Under the pieces are notes generated by a model, which made no database searches, had not been told where the DNA came from, and saw only the letters and a program-made list of their open reading frames with translations. Made by a program: the position numbers and the translations under genes. From Thecamonas trahens ATCC 50062 (Eukaryota; Protista; Apusomonadida): a stretch of 64,000 nucleotides of DNA. Of this stretch, positions 46,870 through 58,400 are shown one piece after another. How positions within the stretch are numbered: position 1 is the first letter of the stretch; the number at the start of each line of letters is the position of its first letter. The stretch is taken from positions 434,001 through 498,000 of the forward strand of contig NW_013657662.1 in assembly GCF_000142905.1 (NCBI RefSeq). The letters are read 5' to 3'.

Positions 46870-47131
46870 ATCGGACCACTTTTGGACACGAGGGAAGAGA
46901 TGGGAATGAGCGAGAGAGAGTCGATCGCGAGTGGTGCGTGATGTGAGCGAGCAGATGGTTGCGGGCGGGCAAGGGCGGGGCGGGTGCAGGCGCGGTGACG
47001 TTCGTTTGGACACATATCACATCAATCACGTGCATCACAAACCATCCTGTAGACAGCCCCACCCACACACCCAACGCGGTGAGGTGACACGCCCACGCAC
47101 ATTACCTCTCGCCATCAGTAACACACCCATC

Positions 47132-48883
47132 ATGAGTATCATGTTGCTTGTCATCTGTTGCGTCATTATTATTAGTGTGGAGGGTATGACCGCCGACTTT
47201 GCGAGGAACAACTCGTTGACGTGGACGACGCCGCAAGGAGGAGCGACACGGAGCGGAGCTGGACCCATGCCGATGACTATGTATGGACCATTGTACACAT
47301 CATGGAGCAGGTCAACAAGTGTCAACGCCTTCAATACTATGGTTATTGGTTCCGTCGAAGGTTCTACCAAACTGGTTGCTCTCACCGATGTGGCTTTGAG
47401 TGTCTGGGATGTCGAGTCTGGTTCCCTTGATTATCAATACACGGTTTATCGTTGGCTCGGCTCGCATCAGTTGCAAGGCATCGCTCTCTGGCCAACTCTA
47501 GCTGGAAAGGGGGATACCCTTGTGGCATCTGTCTCTAACTCTGGCGCTGACGTCTTGTACCTCCGCGTCAATGTTGCTGCTTGGGAGCTCAAGACTGGTC
47601 AGCCGATCTGGTTCTTCACCCCAAAGGCGCCTGTTGCCGGCACTTCCATTAGTGGCATCTCGTGCGTGGCTGCCGTGGCTTCCTCTGCAGCTCCTCCTCC
47701 ACCTGTCTGGTGTCTCGGCGGCTTGTTTGTCAACCAACGATCGTACATCAATACCACTCTTTACGAGCTTGATGCTTCATCCGGCAAGGTCCTTGCCGAG
47801 ACGCTGCTCTTTCAGCGCTCCAACGGATTCTACCTCGACACGAGTGAGGGTGCGAGTCCGACGCTCTCAGCGGATGGCTCGATGCTGTATGTTGCATACG
47901 GCGAGTACTCGGTGATTACTACAGGCTCGACCCGTGTCGCTGCCTACGATCTCGCCGGCGGCGTGCCTGCCCTCAAGTGGTCGGTCTCCACCGGGCTGAT
48001 GGACGACCAGATTCCAGCCCTTGCCATTGTTGTTGTCTCGCCGACTCGGCTGGCAGTCGGCCTACAATCGGGCAAGTCGAGCCCAAACCCCTCGAGCGTC
48101 GTGATTCTCGATGCGGAGACTGGTGCCACCATCGGCGAGGAGGAGGTCGAGGACGCACTTGCGTATGTGGTCGGCAAGGGCAACATGGTGTACGCAGGTG
48201 GAGCATTCGACACGGTTGTGGCCATCGACTTGCGCAACAGCGGCATGAAGACTTCGCGGATCATACTGCCGTCGGCCTCGGCGACTACCTCGGCCATTCT
48301 CGGCTCGAACGGTGCGCTCGTCTTCCAGCTCGTTCACCTCGACGCGAGCTGCTACTTTTACTATCTCGACGCGGACTCGGGCACGCCTGTGGCGTGGTCG
48401 TCGACCGAGTGCGATGGTACCGGGCTTGCCGCTACTGATCATCTCCTCTTCCGTGGCAACAACTTTGAGGTGACGGCCGACTGCCTGGTCGAGCCGTGCC
48501 CGAGGATTGCACCTCCGCCGCCGCCGGCTCCGTGGACGCCCGATTATTATCCGCCGCCATCACCGTGGTTCCCATGGCACACGGTGGCCATCATGGGTGC
48601 GGCTGTGGTCATTGCACTTGCTATCGGTGCCATCTTTGTCATCCGGTCTCGCTATCGCCGGCGGATGAGTTACGGGCCGCTTCTCGAGCAGCCCGGCTAC
48701 GTCAGCGGCCAAGGTCCAGTGATCGGAAGCGGATATGTGGGACCGGCGCCGGCGCCTGAATCGGGGCTTACACCGCCATCGTATTCCACTAACTACGGCG
48801 GGGTGGCGCCTGTGGCAGGCGGAGTGGTGGCTGCGGGCGAGGCGCCCCCGGCATACACGCCAACTACCACAGGGACTGTCTAG
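47132..48883 (+). CDS. Type I membrane protein with PQQ-like beta-propeller ectodomain and cytosolic PPxY motifs
   Basis: Signal MSIMLLVICCVIIISVEG; repeats AWELKTGQPIW, LDASSGKVL, LDAETGATI, LDADSGTPVAW; TM VAIMGAAVVIALAIGAIFVI followed by RSRYRRR; PPSY and PPAY. Confidence 0.75.
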   Translation: MSIMLLVICCVIIISVEGMTADFARNNSLTWTTPQGGATRSGAGPMPMTMYGPLYTSWSRSTSVNAFNTMVIGSVEGSTKLVALTDVALSVWDVESGSLDYQYTVYRWLGSHQLQGIALWPTLAGKGDTLVASVSNSGADVLYLRVNVAAWELKTGQPIWFFTPKAPVAGTSISGISCVAAVASSAAPPPPVWCLGGLFVNQRSYINTTLYELDASSGKVLAETLLFQRSNGFYLDTSEGASPTLSADGSMLYVAYGEYSVITTGSTRVAAYDLAGGVPALKWSVSTGLMDDQIPALAIVVVSPTRLAVGLQSGKSSPNPSSVVILDAETGATIGEEEVEDALAYVVGKGNMVYAGGAFDTVVAIDLRNSGMKTSRIILPSASATTSAILGSNGALVFQLVHLDASCYFYYLDADSGTPVAWSSTECDGTGLAATDHLLFRGNNFEVTADCLVEPCPRIAPPPPPAPWTPDYYPPPSPWFPWHTVAIMGAAVVIALAIGAIFVIRSRYRRRMSYGPLLEQPGYVSGQGPVIGSGYVGPAPAPESGLTPPSYSTNYGGVAPVAGGVVAAGEAPPAYTPTTTGTV

Positions 48884-48981
48884 ATCTTACACTCTGTGAC
48901 TGTTTAGCCTGGTGAGCGCGACATTGAAGAGATGGGCAGCTTGTTGTGCGCCATCAGTATAAAGCCTGGGTGCTTCTTACT

Positions 48982-51104
48982 TTACCAAACGTCCTGCTGG
49001 TAGCGGCCGGCCTTTGCGAGCTTCTCCATGTAGTACTTGGCCTTGTTCGGCTTGATGCCGGCGTTGTCGACGATGAGGGCTTCGAGGGCGGTGCGGACGT
49101 CGGCAGCCATGTTTTGGCATCGCCGCAGATGTACAGGTAGGCGTGCTGGTTGTGGATGAGGTCCCAAACCTGTGCGGCGTGCTCGGCAATCTTGTGCTGG
49201 ACGTAGATCTTGGAGGGGCCGACACGCGAGAAGGCGATGTGGAGCGAGGAGAGGGTGCCTGAGGCCTGGTAGGCGTCGAGCTCGTCGGCGTAGAGGTAGT
49301 CGGTGTCAGGGGTGCGGCAGCCAAAGAAGAGGACGGTGGGCCCGAGGTCGGCACCTGCGGCGCGATCGGCGTCGCGGTCTTGGAGGAAGCCACGGAAGGG
49401 GGCGATGCCAGTGCCCGGGCCGACCATGATGCACGGGGTGGCCGGGTTGGGCGGCGGGCGGAAGTGCGAGGTGCGGATGAAGATGTCGCAGGTGTCTGCA
49501 CCCGGAGCGAGCGAAGCGAGGTAGTTTGTGGCGACGCCCTTGCGAAGGAGGCCCGATGCCGAGACGTACTGGAGAACGACGGCGGTAATGTGAACCGAGT
49601 TCGGGTGCTGCTTGTGCGACGACGAGATCGAGTAGTAGCGCGGGATGAGCTTGGGCATGAGCTCGACAAAGTAGCCCATGTCGTCAAAGACAATCGAGTC
49701 AAAGCGGGCGAGGACGTCGTCGATGGTGGCGCAGCCGTCGACGACAAACGCCTTGTACTTGGCCTTGCCCGACTCGGAGCGCATGTCAACCATGTCCTCC
49801 AGCTCGGCGCGATGGGCGTCGTCAGAGGCAAGCTCAGCGAGAGCGCGGAGGACGTAGCGCGACGGCGGGGTGGTGATGTCGACATACTTTGTGACGACGT
49901 TGCGGAAGGTGGTGGCACCCGGAAAGTACGGCTTCTGGGCGGCGTCGACGGGCGGCATCTCGAGCACGATCTCCGGGTCAAAACCGAGGCGGCCGATGAC
50001 GGCGTCAACTAGCTCGGGGTCGTTGTGCGGGAGGACACCGAGGTGGTCGCCGGTCTCGTAGCTGAGGCCTGAGCCGGAGAGGTCAAAGTGGACAAGGCGA
50101 CACGAGCGGTCCGATGCCTGGCCATGGAGCTCGACGTTGGCGGTGATGAGGGCTGGGAACGGGTGGCGTGCGTCAAAAGTGCCCGGGGCCGGTGGGGTCG
50201 GCGGCTGCGGAAGCGATGGGAGGATGCGGGTCTCGTAGAGGCGGATGAGCGAGTTGTCGGCCATGTCGAGGTCGACGCCGAGGACCTCGACAAGGGTCGG
50301 CCAGAGCTCGGTCTGCCACGCCAGAAAGTCCTCCTCCATCTGGCCGTCCTCATCACCCTCACCACGGACGTAGACGCGCGAGCCGCCGAGACGCTCGATG
50401 TGCTCGTCGACGGAGCGGCCCATAAACTGGTAGTGCTCGTAGGTCTTGTTGCCGAGGGCAAAGACGGTGAACTGGAGGCCTTCGAGAGCATCCTCATCCG
50501 CTTCTTCGGTCAACCACTCGTGGAACTCGACAGCTGAGTCTGTCGGCTCGCCCTCGCCGTAGGTAGCGACGACAAAGCAGGCGACAGCCTCTGCGCCCAG
50601 AGACGCGAGCGATTCAAACTCGATGGAATCGACATCAAGAACGAGAGGAACACACGCATGACGACGAGACTCTGCAGCGAGACGCTGAGCAAAGTCTTCC
50701 GAGGTACCTGTTTGAGTACCGTAAATGAGAATGAGATTAGCACCAGCATCGGCGGCGGCGGCCGCCACGTCCTTCTTGCCCGACCAGCTTCCCGATTTGC
50801 CAGAACCACCAGCACGAACAGCAGCCACACCAGAGAAGCTAGGGACTCTGGTAGAAGCAGAAGCAGATGTAGGACGAAAGCAAAGGTACCAAACAGCAAA
50901 GGCAATGGCAGATGCAATGATCATAGGTCCCATCAATGACTCTCCACCTGGTCCACTCTCACCTGCCACGGCTGCTGCTGCTGCCGCGGCTGCCGCGGCT
51001 GCTGACCCCGCATCGTCACCCACCGTAGCCAACACACTCATGGCGCTACAGAGTCCAGTCACTCCCACAACTTGGAAAAAACAAGCTACACTCTTTCGCG
51101 TCAT
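48982..51104 (-). CDS. POR: NADPH-cytochrome P450 reductase; frameshift near 49112
   Basis: YGTQTGTSEDFA, ATYGEGEPTD, FALGNKTYEHY, PRYYSISSS, MVGPGTGIAPFRGF, LFFGCR, YICGDAK. One extra A gives DAKNMAADV..GRYQQDVW*, the canonical C-terminus. Start uncertain. Confidence 0.93.
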
Positions 51105-51528
51105 TGTCCTCGTTCTTGTCGTCTGCTTGCGCGTCACTTGTGTCAACTTGGTTGGGTGTATGGCCTTGAAGAGGTAAGGGCCGTCACGGGAGGGGAGGTG
51201 CTGTCGGAGCGCGTCGTTGGCTGTGTGGCGAATTTGGCTGCGAATTTGTGGAAATGTCGCGCTTGCGCTGCCGGCTGTGACCAGGGTGTGATGATGCTTA
51301 TAGCTTGCCACGACTGAGGGGGGGGGAGGGGGGGAGAGGGGGGGGGGTGGAAGGGAGGGAGGGAGGGAGGGAGGTTTGGTTAAGATCGAGGGTGTTGATG
51401 AGGGTGTTGATGAGGGGGATCATGGCGATCGCGAGGACGACAAGGTCAAGAGTGTCGTTGGCTGGGCCGAGGTAGGGATGGGGAGAGGGAGGGTGGGGTG
51501 GGAGGTAGCTTGATGTGGGGTTTCATGA

Positions 51529-52575
51529 CTAGAAGGCAAATACCTGCTTGCCGTCCGTGGCAAAGCCCAGGTCGGCGGCGATGGACTTCATGGCCTTGAC
51601 CATCGGCTTGGGCCCGCAGAGCAGCATGCGGGTGGCCGGCGAGGCCGGCGGGAGCCAGGCCTGGATCATGTCGGCCGAGACGTAGCCAACGCCGCCGTCC
51701 CATTCGGGGCTCGGCGGGTTGTTGAGCACGTAGTAGACCGAGAACTGGTCCGGGTAGGTGGCAGCGAGCGAGTCAAGATCGTCCTTGAGCAGGATGTCCT
51801 CGTAGTTGACGTTGGCAAAGATGAGGTTGAGCTTGGTGGTGTCCTCGGGATCCTCCAGCACTGCGGTGATGATCTGGAGCATGGGAGTGATGCCAGTTCC
51901 GCCGGCAATCATGCCGAGGGCGTCGGCCATGCCGCGGACGTACTTGAAGCGGCCCTTGGGCCCCTTGACGGCGATCTCATCGCCAGGCGCCATACGGTCG
52001 ACATGAGTCGACATCTTGCCACCCGGGTAGACCTTGATGACCAGGTCAAAGTAGCCAAGATCGGCGTCGCCCGAGACCGGGGTGTACTGGCGAGTCACCC
52101 GCTTGCCGTCGATCTCAGCCGAGAGAAAGAGGTGCTGGCCGATGGGGAGGCCGAGAACGTCGTCAGGATGCGGCAGAGCAAACCGATAGACAGCCGTGTT
52201 GTGCGTCAGCGGAATGCGCTCGAGGAGTCTGAAAAAGCTGTAACTCTTCCCGTCGAGCACCACCGAGCCCTTCTCTTGCCCTTGCGCCATCTTGTTTCCC
52301 TTCCCTAGCTCGAGCCAAGCCTTCAAAGCCGGAGTCTCTGTCGTCCAAGCCAGAACCGGACGAACTCTTCCACAATCTCCACTCTTTGTCTGAATCTCTT
52401 CTTCAGAACTCGATCCCTGTCCCCGAGCCGAACTCGCACCACATGCCGTCGCCGCTGCGGCCTGATCCCCTCCCGTCCGAGCCGAGCCACTGGAAGCCTG
52501 CCGCGCTACCGGTGCGCTCACTAGCGCAGTATGAAGATGCCTAAGGAGCGAGAGATGTGCACGCGGCCGCAGCAT
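51529..52575 (-). CDS. NADH-cytochrome b5 reductase
   Basis: THNTAVYRFALP..LGLPIGQH, RQYTPVS, KVYPGGKMS, GPKGRF, MIAGGTGITPM, LIFANV, LLCGPKPM. Possible mitochondrial presequence from ATG 52575; alternative ATG 52290. Confidence 0.93.
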   Translation of the reverse strand: MLRPRAHLSLLRHLHTALVSAPVARQASSGSARTGGDQAAAATACGASSARGQGSSSEEEIQTKSGDCGRVRPVLAWTTETPALKAWLELGKGNKMAQGQEKGSVVLDGKSYSFFRLLERIPLTHNTAVYRFALPHPDDVLGLPIGQHLFLSAEIDGKRVTRQYTPVSGDADLGYFDLVIKVYPGGKMSTHVDRMAPGDEIAVKGPKGRFKYVRGMADALGMIAGGTGITPMLQIITAVLEDPEDTTKLNLIFANVNYEDILLKDDLDSLAATYPDQFSVYYVLNNPPSPEWDGGVGYVSADMIQAWLPPASPATRMLLCGPKPMVKAMKSIAADLGFATDGKQVFAF

Positions 52576-52985
52576 CCTTTCTTCTTGTTGTGCGTCGAGT
52601 GGTACGAGCTCCCGCTGTCTGGGTGGGCTTGGGGTGGGCGGGTCGGTGTGGGGGGAGCTGGTGTTGACGTGGCGCTCGCCGAGTGGCGGCGGCGAGGGTC
52701 GGGCTGATCGATGGCGGGGCGGTTCAGATCGGCGTCTGCAAGGGCGCCATTTGGTGCTGGTGGTGGTGATGGTGTGGTGTGGTGTGGTGTGGTGTGTGTG
52801 GGGGGGTGGGGTGGGGTGGGGTGGGGGGGGGGTGGGGGATGACGATGATGGTGATGATGGCGATGACTATGATGATGACTATGATGATGATGACGAGGTT
52901 ATCACAACGATGATCAAGACCATTGTCGTGACTATCATGTTCATCTTCTACAATGCTTGTCATTCTGTTCCTCACGCATGTGCGC

Positions 52986-53452
52986 CCGCCGTTTGCTGCA
53001 AAGTAACCAAAACCGACCATGTCTGACCTCAGCCAGGCGCGCCGTCGTCGCGCTGCGTCATCGTCCGCCGTTTGCTGCAAAGTAACCAATACCGACCATG
53101 TCTGACCTCAGCCAGGCGCGCCGTCGTCGAGCTGCGTCATCGTCATCACCTTCACCTCGCGAGTCGAGCTACCAGTTTGATCATCGCGAGTCGAGCAGCC
53201 AGCTTGATCATCGCGAGTCGTCATCACCTTCACCTCGCGAGTCGAGCAACCAGCTTGATCATCGCGAGTCGAGCAGCCAGCTTGATCATCGCGAGTCGAG
53301 CAGCCAGTTTGATCATCGCGAGTCGAGCAGCCAGCTTGATCATCGCGAGTCGAGCAACCAGCTTGATCGTCACCTTCATCTCGCAAGTCGAGCAGCCAAC
53401 TTGATCATCGCGAGCCGAGCAGCCAGCTTGATCGTCACCTTCACCTCGCGAG
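52986..53452. repeat. 79-bp direct repeat x2 (52986-53144) followed by a 27-bp minisatellite (tcgcgagtcgagcagccagcttgatca, ~10-11 units)
   Basis: Read directly; some units are interrupted by a tcaccttcacc element. Confidence 0.92.
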
Positions 53453-53560
53453 TTTTGAGCCGAGTGACAGCTCGACGACGGGCCCTGTCCGGTGCGGTGG
53501 GCATAGAGGGGAGAGACAACGGTAGGGATAGACTCGACTTTGGTTTTGAAAGGAGGTAGT

Positions 53561-55413
53561 ATGGAGGCGAGTAATGAGCTTGTGGGACCGAGTGGAAGTG
53601 GTCTGAGGTGGAATGGATGGGGATATGCTGATACTGAGTTCACCGTCACGGACAAGAATGAGTTGATGTTGTCGGGTCATCGCTATGAGCTCTCGGGCAC
53701 ACCACTGCCATCATTTCGTCCATGGGTAGAGGACAAGATGGGCTTGGATCTCAACGTATCAGATCCCCCACTTCCGCTTCATTCTGTCCTTCCTTCCGTT
53801 CCGCTTCCGGATTCCATCGTCATCCAATGGCTCAGGTCCTTGTCGCTCTCTCGCAGCCATCTCGACCACGCCAAGGCCGACGCCGATGGCGGTCAACCGT
53901 CGTCATCCAACTTGCCGCCGTCCAGTGTGGCCATCAAGCACTCGGTCGATCCTGTGACTCGGATTCATCACTCGCACGGCCACACCTGCCGCGAGGTGTG
54001 GCAGTTGCGAAAGGGTCAGCTGCCACGGGTGGCCGATGCTGTCGTCTGGCCGCTCACCGAGGACGCGGTGGCGGATGTGGTGGCGGCGGCGGCAGCGGCG
54101 GATGTGGTGCTCATGCCCTACGGCGGTGGCACGTCGGTGACCAATGCGCTCACGCTTCCGGAGCGCGACGCTGAGCCGCGACCGATTGTGGTTGTCTCGA
54201 TGGCCAAGCTCAACGCGGTGCTGGACGTCGATACCGTCAACATGACTGCCACCATCCAGGCCGGCGCCGTCGGCGCGGTGCTCGGCAAGGAACTGGCCGA
54301 CGGGTGGGGTGTGACCATGGGCCACGAGCCGGACTCGTACGAGTTTTCCACTCTCGGCGGATGGATCGCCACCCGGGCCTCGGGCATGCAGAAGAATGTG
54401 TATGGCAACATCGAGGACATCGTCATCTCCGTCACCCTCGTCACCCCGACCGGAACTGTCGTCAAGGACGCCGTCGTCCCACGTATCTCGGCCGGTCCTG
54501 ACATCCATCACCTTGTTCTCGGCTCGGAAGGCACCCTCGGCATCATCACGTCGGCCATTGTCAAGGTCCGCCCGCTCCCGGCTGTCCGCAAGTACGGTGC
54601 CCTCATCTTCCCCGACTTTGACGCCGGCGTTGCCGCCATGTACGACATTGCCCAGGCCCACGCTGCTCCGGCCTCCATCCGCCTGGTCGACAACAACCAG
54701 TTCCAGATGGGCCAGGCGCTCAAGCCGCCGACCTCGTGGTTTGCTTCGGCCATTGCCGCCGCCAAGAAGTTCTACGTCCTCTCCATCAAGGGCTTTGAGG
54801 CAGACACCATGGTCGCTGCCACGCTGCTCTTCCTCGGCAACTCGGATGCCGACATTGCGGCCCAAGAGGCTGCGCTGTATCCGATCGCCGCCCGCCACGG
54901 CGGCATGCCGGCCGACGAGGAGAACGGCCGCCGTGGTTACGCGCTCACTTTCATGATTGCCTACATCCGCGACCTGGCCTTCCAATACTGCTTCCTCGCC
55001 GAGTCGTTCGAGACCTCGGTCCCCTGGTCCGGCGTCCGCCACCTCTGCACCTCGGTCAAAGCCGCCATTGTCGACGCAGCTGCAGCCCGGAGTATTCCGC
55101 GCGAGCCGTTTGTCACCTGCCGAGTGACGCAGACGTACGACACAGGCGCGTGCGTCTACTTTTACTTGCCTTTCTCGCCGTCGGCGTCGACAACGCCATG
55201 GACAAGTTTGACGAGATCGAGCACATCGCCCGCGTCGCCATCCTTGACGCTGGCGGCTCAATCTCTCATCACCATGGCATCGGCAAACATCGGGCCAGCT
55301 TTATGCCGCATGTCCAGTCGCCGGCCGCCAACGCAGCGCTTCGCGCCGTCAAGCGCGAACTCGACCCGACCAATGTGTTTGCCTCGGGCAACGTCCTGCC
55401 AGCCAAGCTGTAA
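53561..55413 (+). CDS. AGPS: Alkyldihydroxyacetonephosphate synthase (peroxisomal ether-lipid synthesis); frameshift near 55166
   Basis: RWNGWGYADT, HSHGHT, PYGGGTSV, GHEPDSYEFSTLGGWIATRASGM, GSEGTLGI, AESFETSVPW, TQTYDTGACVYFY. One extra T continues to ISHHHGIGK..ELDPTNVF..AKL* (PTS1). Confidence 0.95.
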
Positions 55414-55428
55414 ACCGACTCGCCGCCA

Positions 55429-58400
55429 TCACCGCCGCCGCGACCGCCGCCGCCGCGAGCCGGATCGTGACCGCGACCGGCCGTCCACCGACTCGGCCGC
55501 TATACTCGCTGCCGCTGTGCTCAGCTCGTCGATCGACTCTTGGAACGAGCGGATGTTCTGCCACGAGCGAGCCTGGTCGGTGCCGGGCCCAAGCGACGAA
55601 GCCGAGCCCGGTACCGGCGCGTGCCCACCTTCGCCGGGCGGCATGAACGGAGCGAGGCCGCTTGGCGAGCTCACAGTTGCCGGCCGCGGTCGGCTGAGCA
55701 TGGCAGCCGGCGCGGTGGAGAGCGCAAAGGCTCGACCGGCCCCCGGCTCGGCGGTGACGCTTGACGCGGTGCCGGCGACACGGCGCGGGGCGCCGGTTAC
55801 CCCGTGCCGTGCTCCGCGGGTGTTGACGACCGGCGCTGACTCGGCGAGGCTTGGTGGTGCGCGCGACGACCATGAGCCTCCGGCCGAGCGCGACGAGCCG
55901 GTGTCGGCGTCAGCGTCGGCGTCGGCAATGACGGCGCGGATGCGGCCGACGTTCTGCTGCACGCCGAGCGATCTCGAGCCCGAGCCGCCGCGCGGGAGCG
56001 GGCCACCTCCCGACGACGCGCCGGTTCCGACGTGCGGGCGGGCAAAGGCTGGAGCCGCCACGGCAGCATTGCGACCGTGCGAACCGTTGGTGGGGTCGGT
56101 GATGGCCTGGATGTGGCCCTCGGGCTCGGCCTCAAAGGCAAAGCCCGACGGGTGCGGGAGAATGGCGTCGGGCCAGACGGGGACAACTGTTTGCAGGAGA
56201 GTGTGGACGGCCTGAAGGGCGGCGCGGATGCCGATGTGCTCGTCGTCGGCTGTCACCTTGAGCTCCTTGACAATGTCGGCAGGCTCCGGGTAGTACCAGC
56301 GGCGAAGGTACTTGAGGGTGTAGTCGGGGAGGAGGGCGAGGACTGGAACAAGAAGACCCAAGAACCAAAAAGTCGGAGTGGCGATGACGGTTGTGCCGAC
56401 AAAGTACATGTTGACGGCGTCGCGGAAAAAGGAGGCGACGTAGGAGAAGCCCACGAGCCAGCCAAAGTAGAGGACGAGCGAGGCAGCGAGGGCCGAGACG
56501 GTGACAATGTTCCAGGTGGAGAGCTCGAGGGCGGCCTTGAGGTTGACGGCGATGACGACTGCGGTAAAGATGTGGACGCCGTTGGAGAAGAGGCCAAAGA
56601 CGCGGCCATCGGGCCCGTGGACGTTGTGGGCGAGGGCAGCCTCAACAAAGAAAAAGAAGACGATCGAGTGAAAGACGGCCGAGGCGACCCACGAGGCAAA
56701 GGCCCAACCATCAAAGTACTTGTTGTCCTGCCCGCGGTAGTAGAGCTTTGGATATTGAAGGAGCGAGGTTCGCCGAAGGACTTGGTCGTAGAGGCCCATG
56801 GTGATGATTGGAAGGGCGGTGAATAGGGTATTGTACATGGCGATGGTCCACCGCTCGACAAAGGTTTGCCCGGAGAAGCCGTTGAAGAAGACAAACCAAA
56901 AGGGAATGAGGGTGAGCGCCATGTTCTTGTAGAAGCAGTAGAAGATGAGAGTCGAGATGCGGTGGTAGCACCAGTGGCCGTGGACGAGGAGTAGCGGGAG
57001 GAGGAAGCGGAACTGGGCGAGAGCGTAGTCGGCCGCCAGCGCCGCCTGGCCACCCTCCTCGCCCGAGATGCCAATGCCGATGTTGGCCTCGCGGATCATG
57101 TCGACGTCGTTGGCACCATCGCCGATGGCGAGAGAGACCGGGTCGAGGTGAGCCTGGACGAAGCGGACCATCTGAGCTTTTTGAGCTGGCGAGACCCGGC
57201 AGCCAATGACAGAGACGCACTCGACAGCGAGGTCGAGAAAGGCCTCACGGAGGCGGACGGTGAGCATGTCCTCCTCCTCGACAGGGTTACGGAAGCGGTC
57301 AAAGAGCGAGAACGAGCCTGAGCCGGGCTCACCGAGGATCATGCGCATGGTGTAGCCATCGATGACGACAGCGTAGTTGACAGCCTCGGGGCCGTCGATG
57401 GCAGACGCGATGGCGGCGACTTGGTCCTCCATGAACGAGAGGAGGAGGGCCCGGACGCGGTCGAGCTCGTCGCGGTTGGTTGCGACCTTGGCCTCTTCGG
57501 ACGCGTTGAGGACAATGACCTGCATGTTAGGGGTAAGGAGCTGGCACGAGTACCCGATCATGATGGCGGTCTCCTGCTTATCGCCAGTGAGGACCCAGAC
57601 CTTGATGCCGGCTTCGCGGAGCGTGGCGAGCGCCTCGGGCACACCGTCCTGCAGCTTGTCCTCGATGGCAGTGGCGCCGACAAGGACCAGCTCCGACTCG
57701 ATGTCATCGTAGATGGCGGCAAGCGCCGCCGACTTTTCCGAAGACTCGGGCAAGTTCTCCAGGCGGTCGAGCTCTTCGGACCACGAGGCCCAGAGGCCCG
57801 GCGAGACGACGCGCTTGGCCACGACCAGGGTGCGAAGGCCCTGAGCGGCGAAACGGTCAAGGTGAGACTGGGTTGACGGCGCGATGCGCGAGTTGTTGAG
57901 CGTGAACGAGTCGAGCAGTTCCATGACGACCACATCTGCACCCTTGGTGAGGACGAGAATCTCGCCGTTGGGTCGCTGGACCACAACTGAAGAGCGCTTG
58001 CGGGCCGAGGTGAAGGGGAGGATGGCGAGGATGGGGTACTCGACGTCCTGGCCAAAGACTGAGACTGTGACGGACGAAGGGGTGCGGGTGTGAAACTCGT
58101 AGCCAAACATCTTGGCTGCGTTGACGAGGGCGCCTTCATCCGGCGAGGCTGCCTGGTAAATGACGGCCGGCTTGGATCCGTCATTGGCGTCATCGTTGGC
58201 CACGTCGTCGTCCGAGTCGTTGCCGCCGACAAAGTCGATTTCAGGAATGACGGTGTGACAGACGCCGAGGAGCTCGGCAAACTCGCGGATGGCATCGCCG
58301 GTCTCTGGGTCGAGGAGCGCGGCCTTGAGCCGGTCGCCGTCATCATCAAAGACGACGTGCGGAATCGGCCGGCCCGTGAGGAGCGGACAGTTGGCCGGTT

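Larger units (their letters stand above)
43612..47012 (+). repeat. Tandem duplication with ~1.70-kb unit covering EFL upstream region, CDS and 3' flank
   Basis: ATGs are 1699 bp apart; upstream (aagtggacgg..gaagcaaac) and downstream (atcggaccacttttgg..cgtttggaca) sequences are repeated. Confidence 0.92.

Noticed and set aside
43714-47013. Long antisense ORFs over EFL (also 7070-8494, 53903-55261)
   Set aside because: Shadow frames caused by GC3-rich codon usage.
53140-53452. Possible CRISPR array
   Set aside because: Units abut with no unique spacers and there are no cas genes.
53549-53563. Shine-Dalgarno-like AAGGAGGT just before the AGPS ATG
   Set aside because: Nuclear eukaryotic gene with a PTS1; spacing is only 3 nt; most likely chance.
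13505-55414. TAAA at stop codons (5 of 8 TAA stops) as a stop-coupled polyadenylation signal
   Set aside because: Sample too small, and most genes end in TAG or TGA.
55414-56215. Apparent long AGPS C-terminal extension overlapping the flippase
   Set aside because: Artefact of the frameshift near 55166; the repaired protein ends AKL* at 55413.
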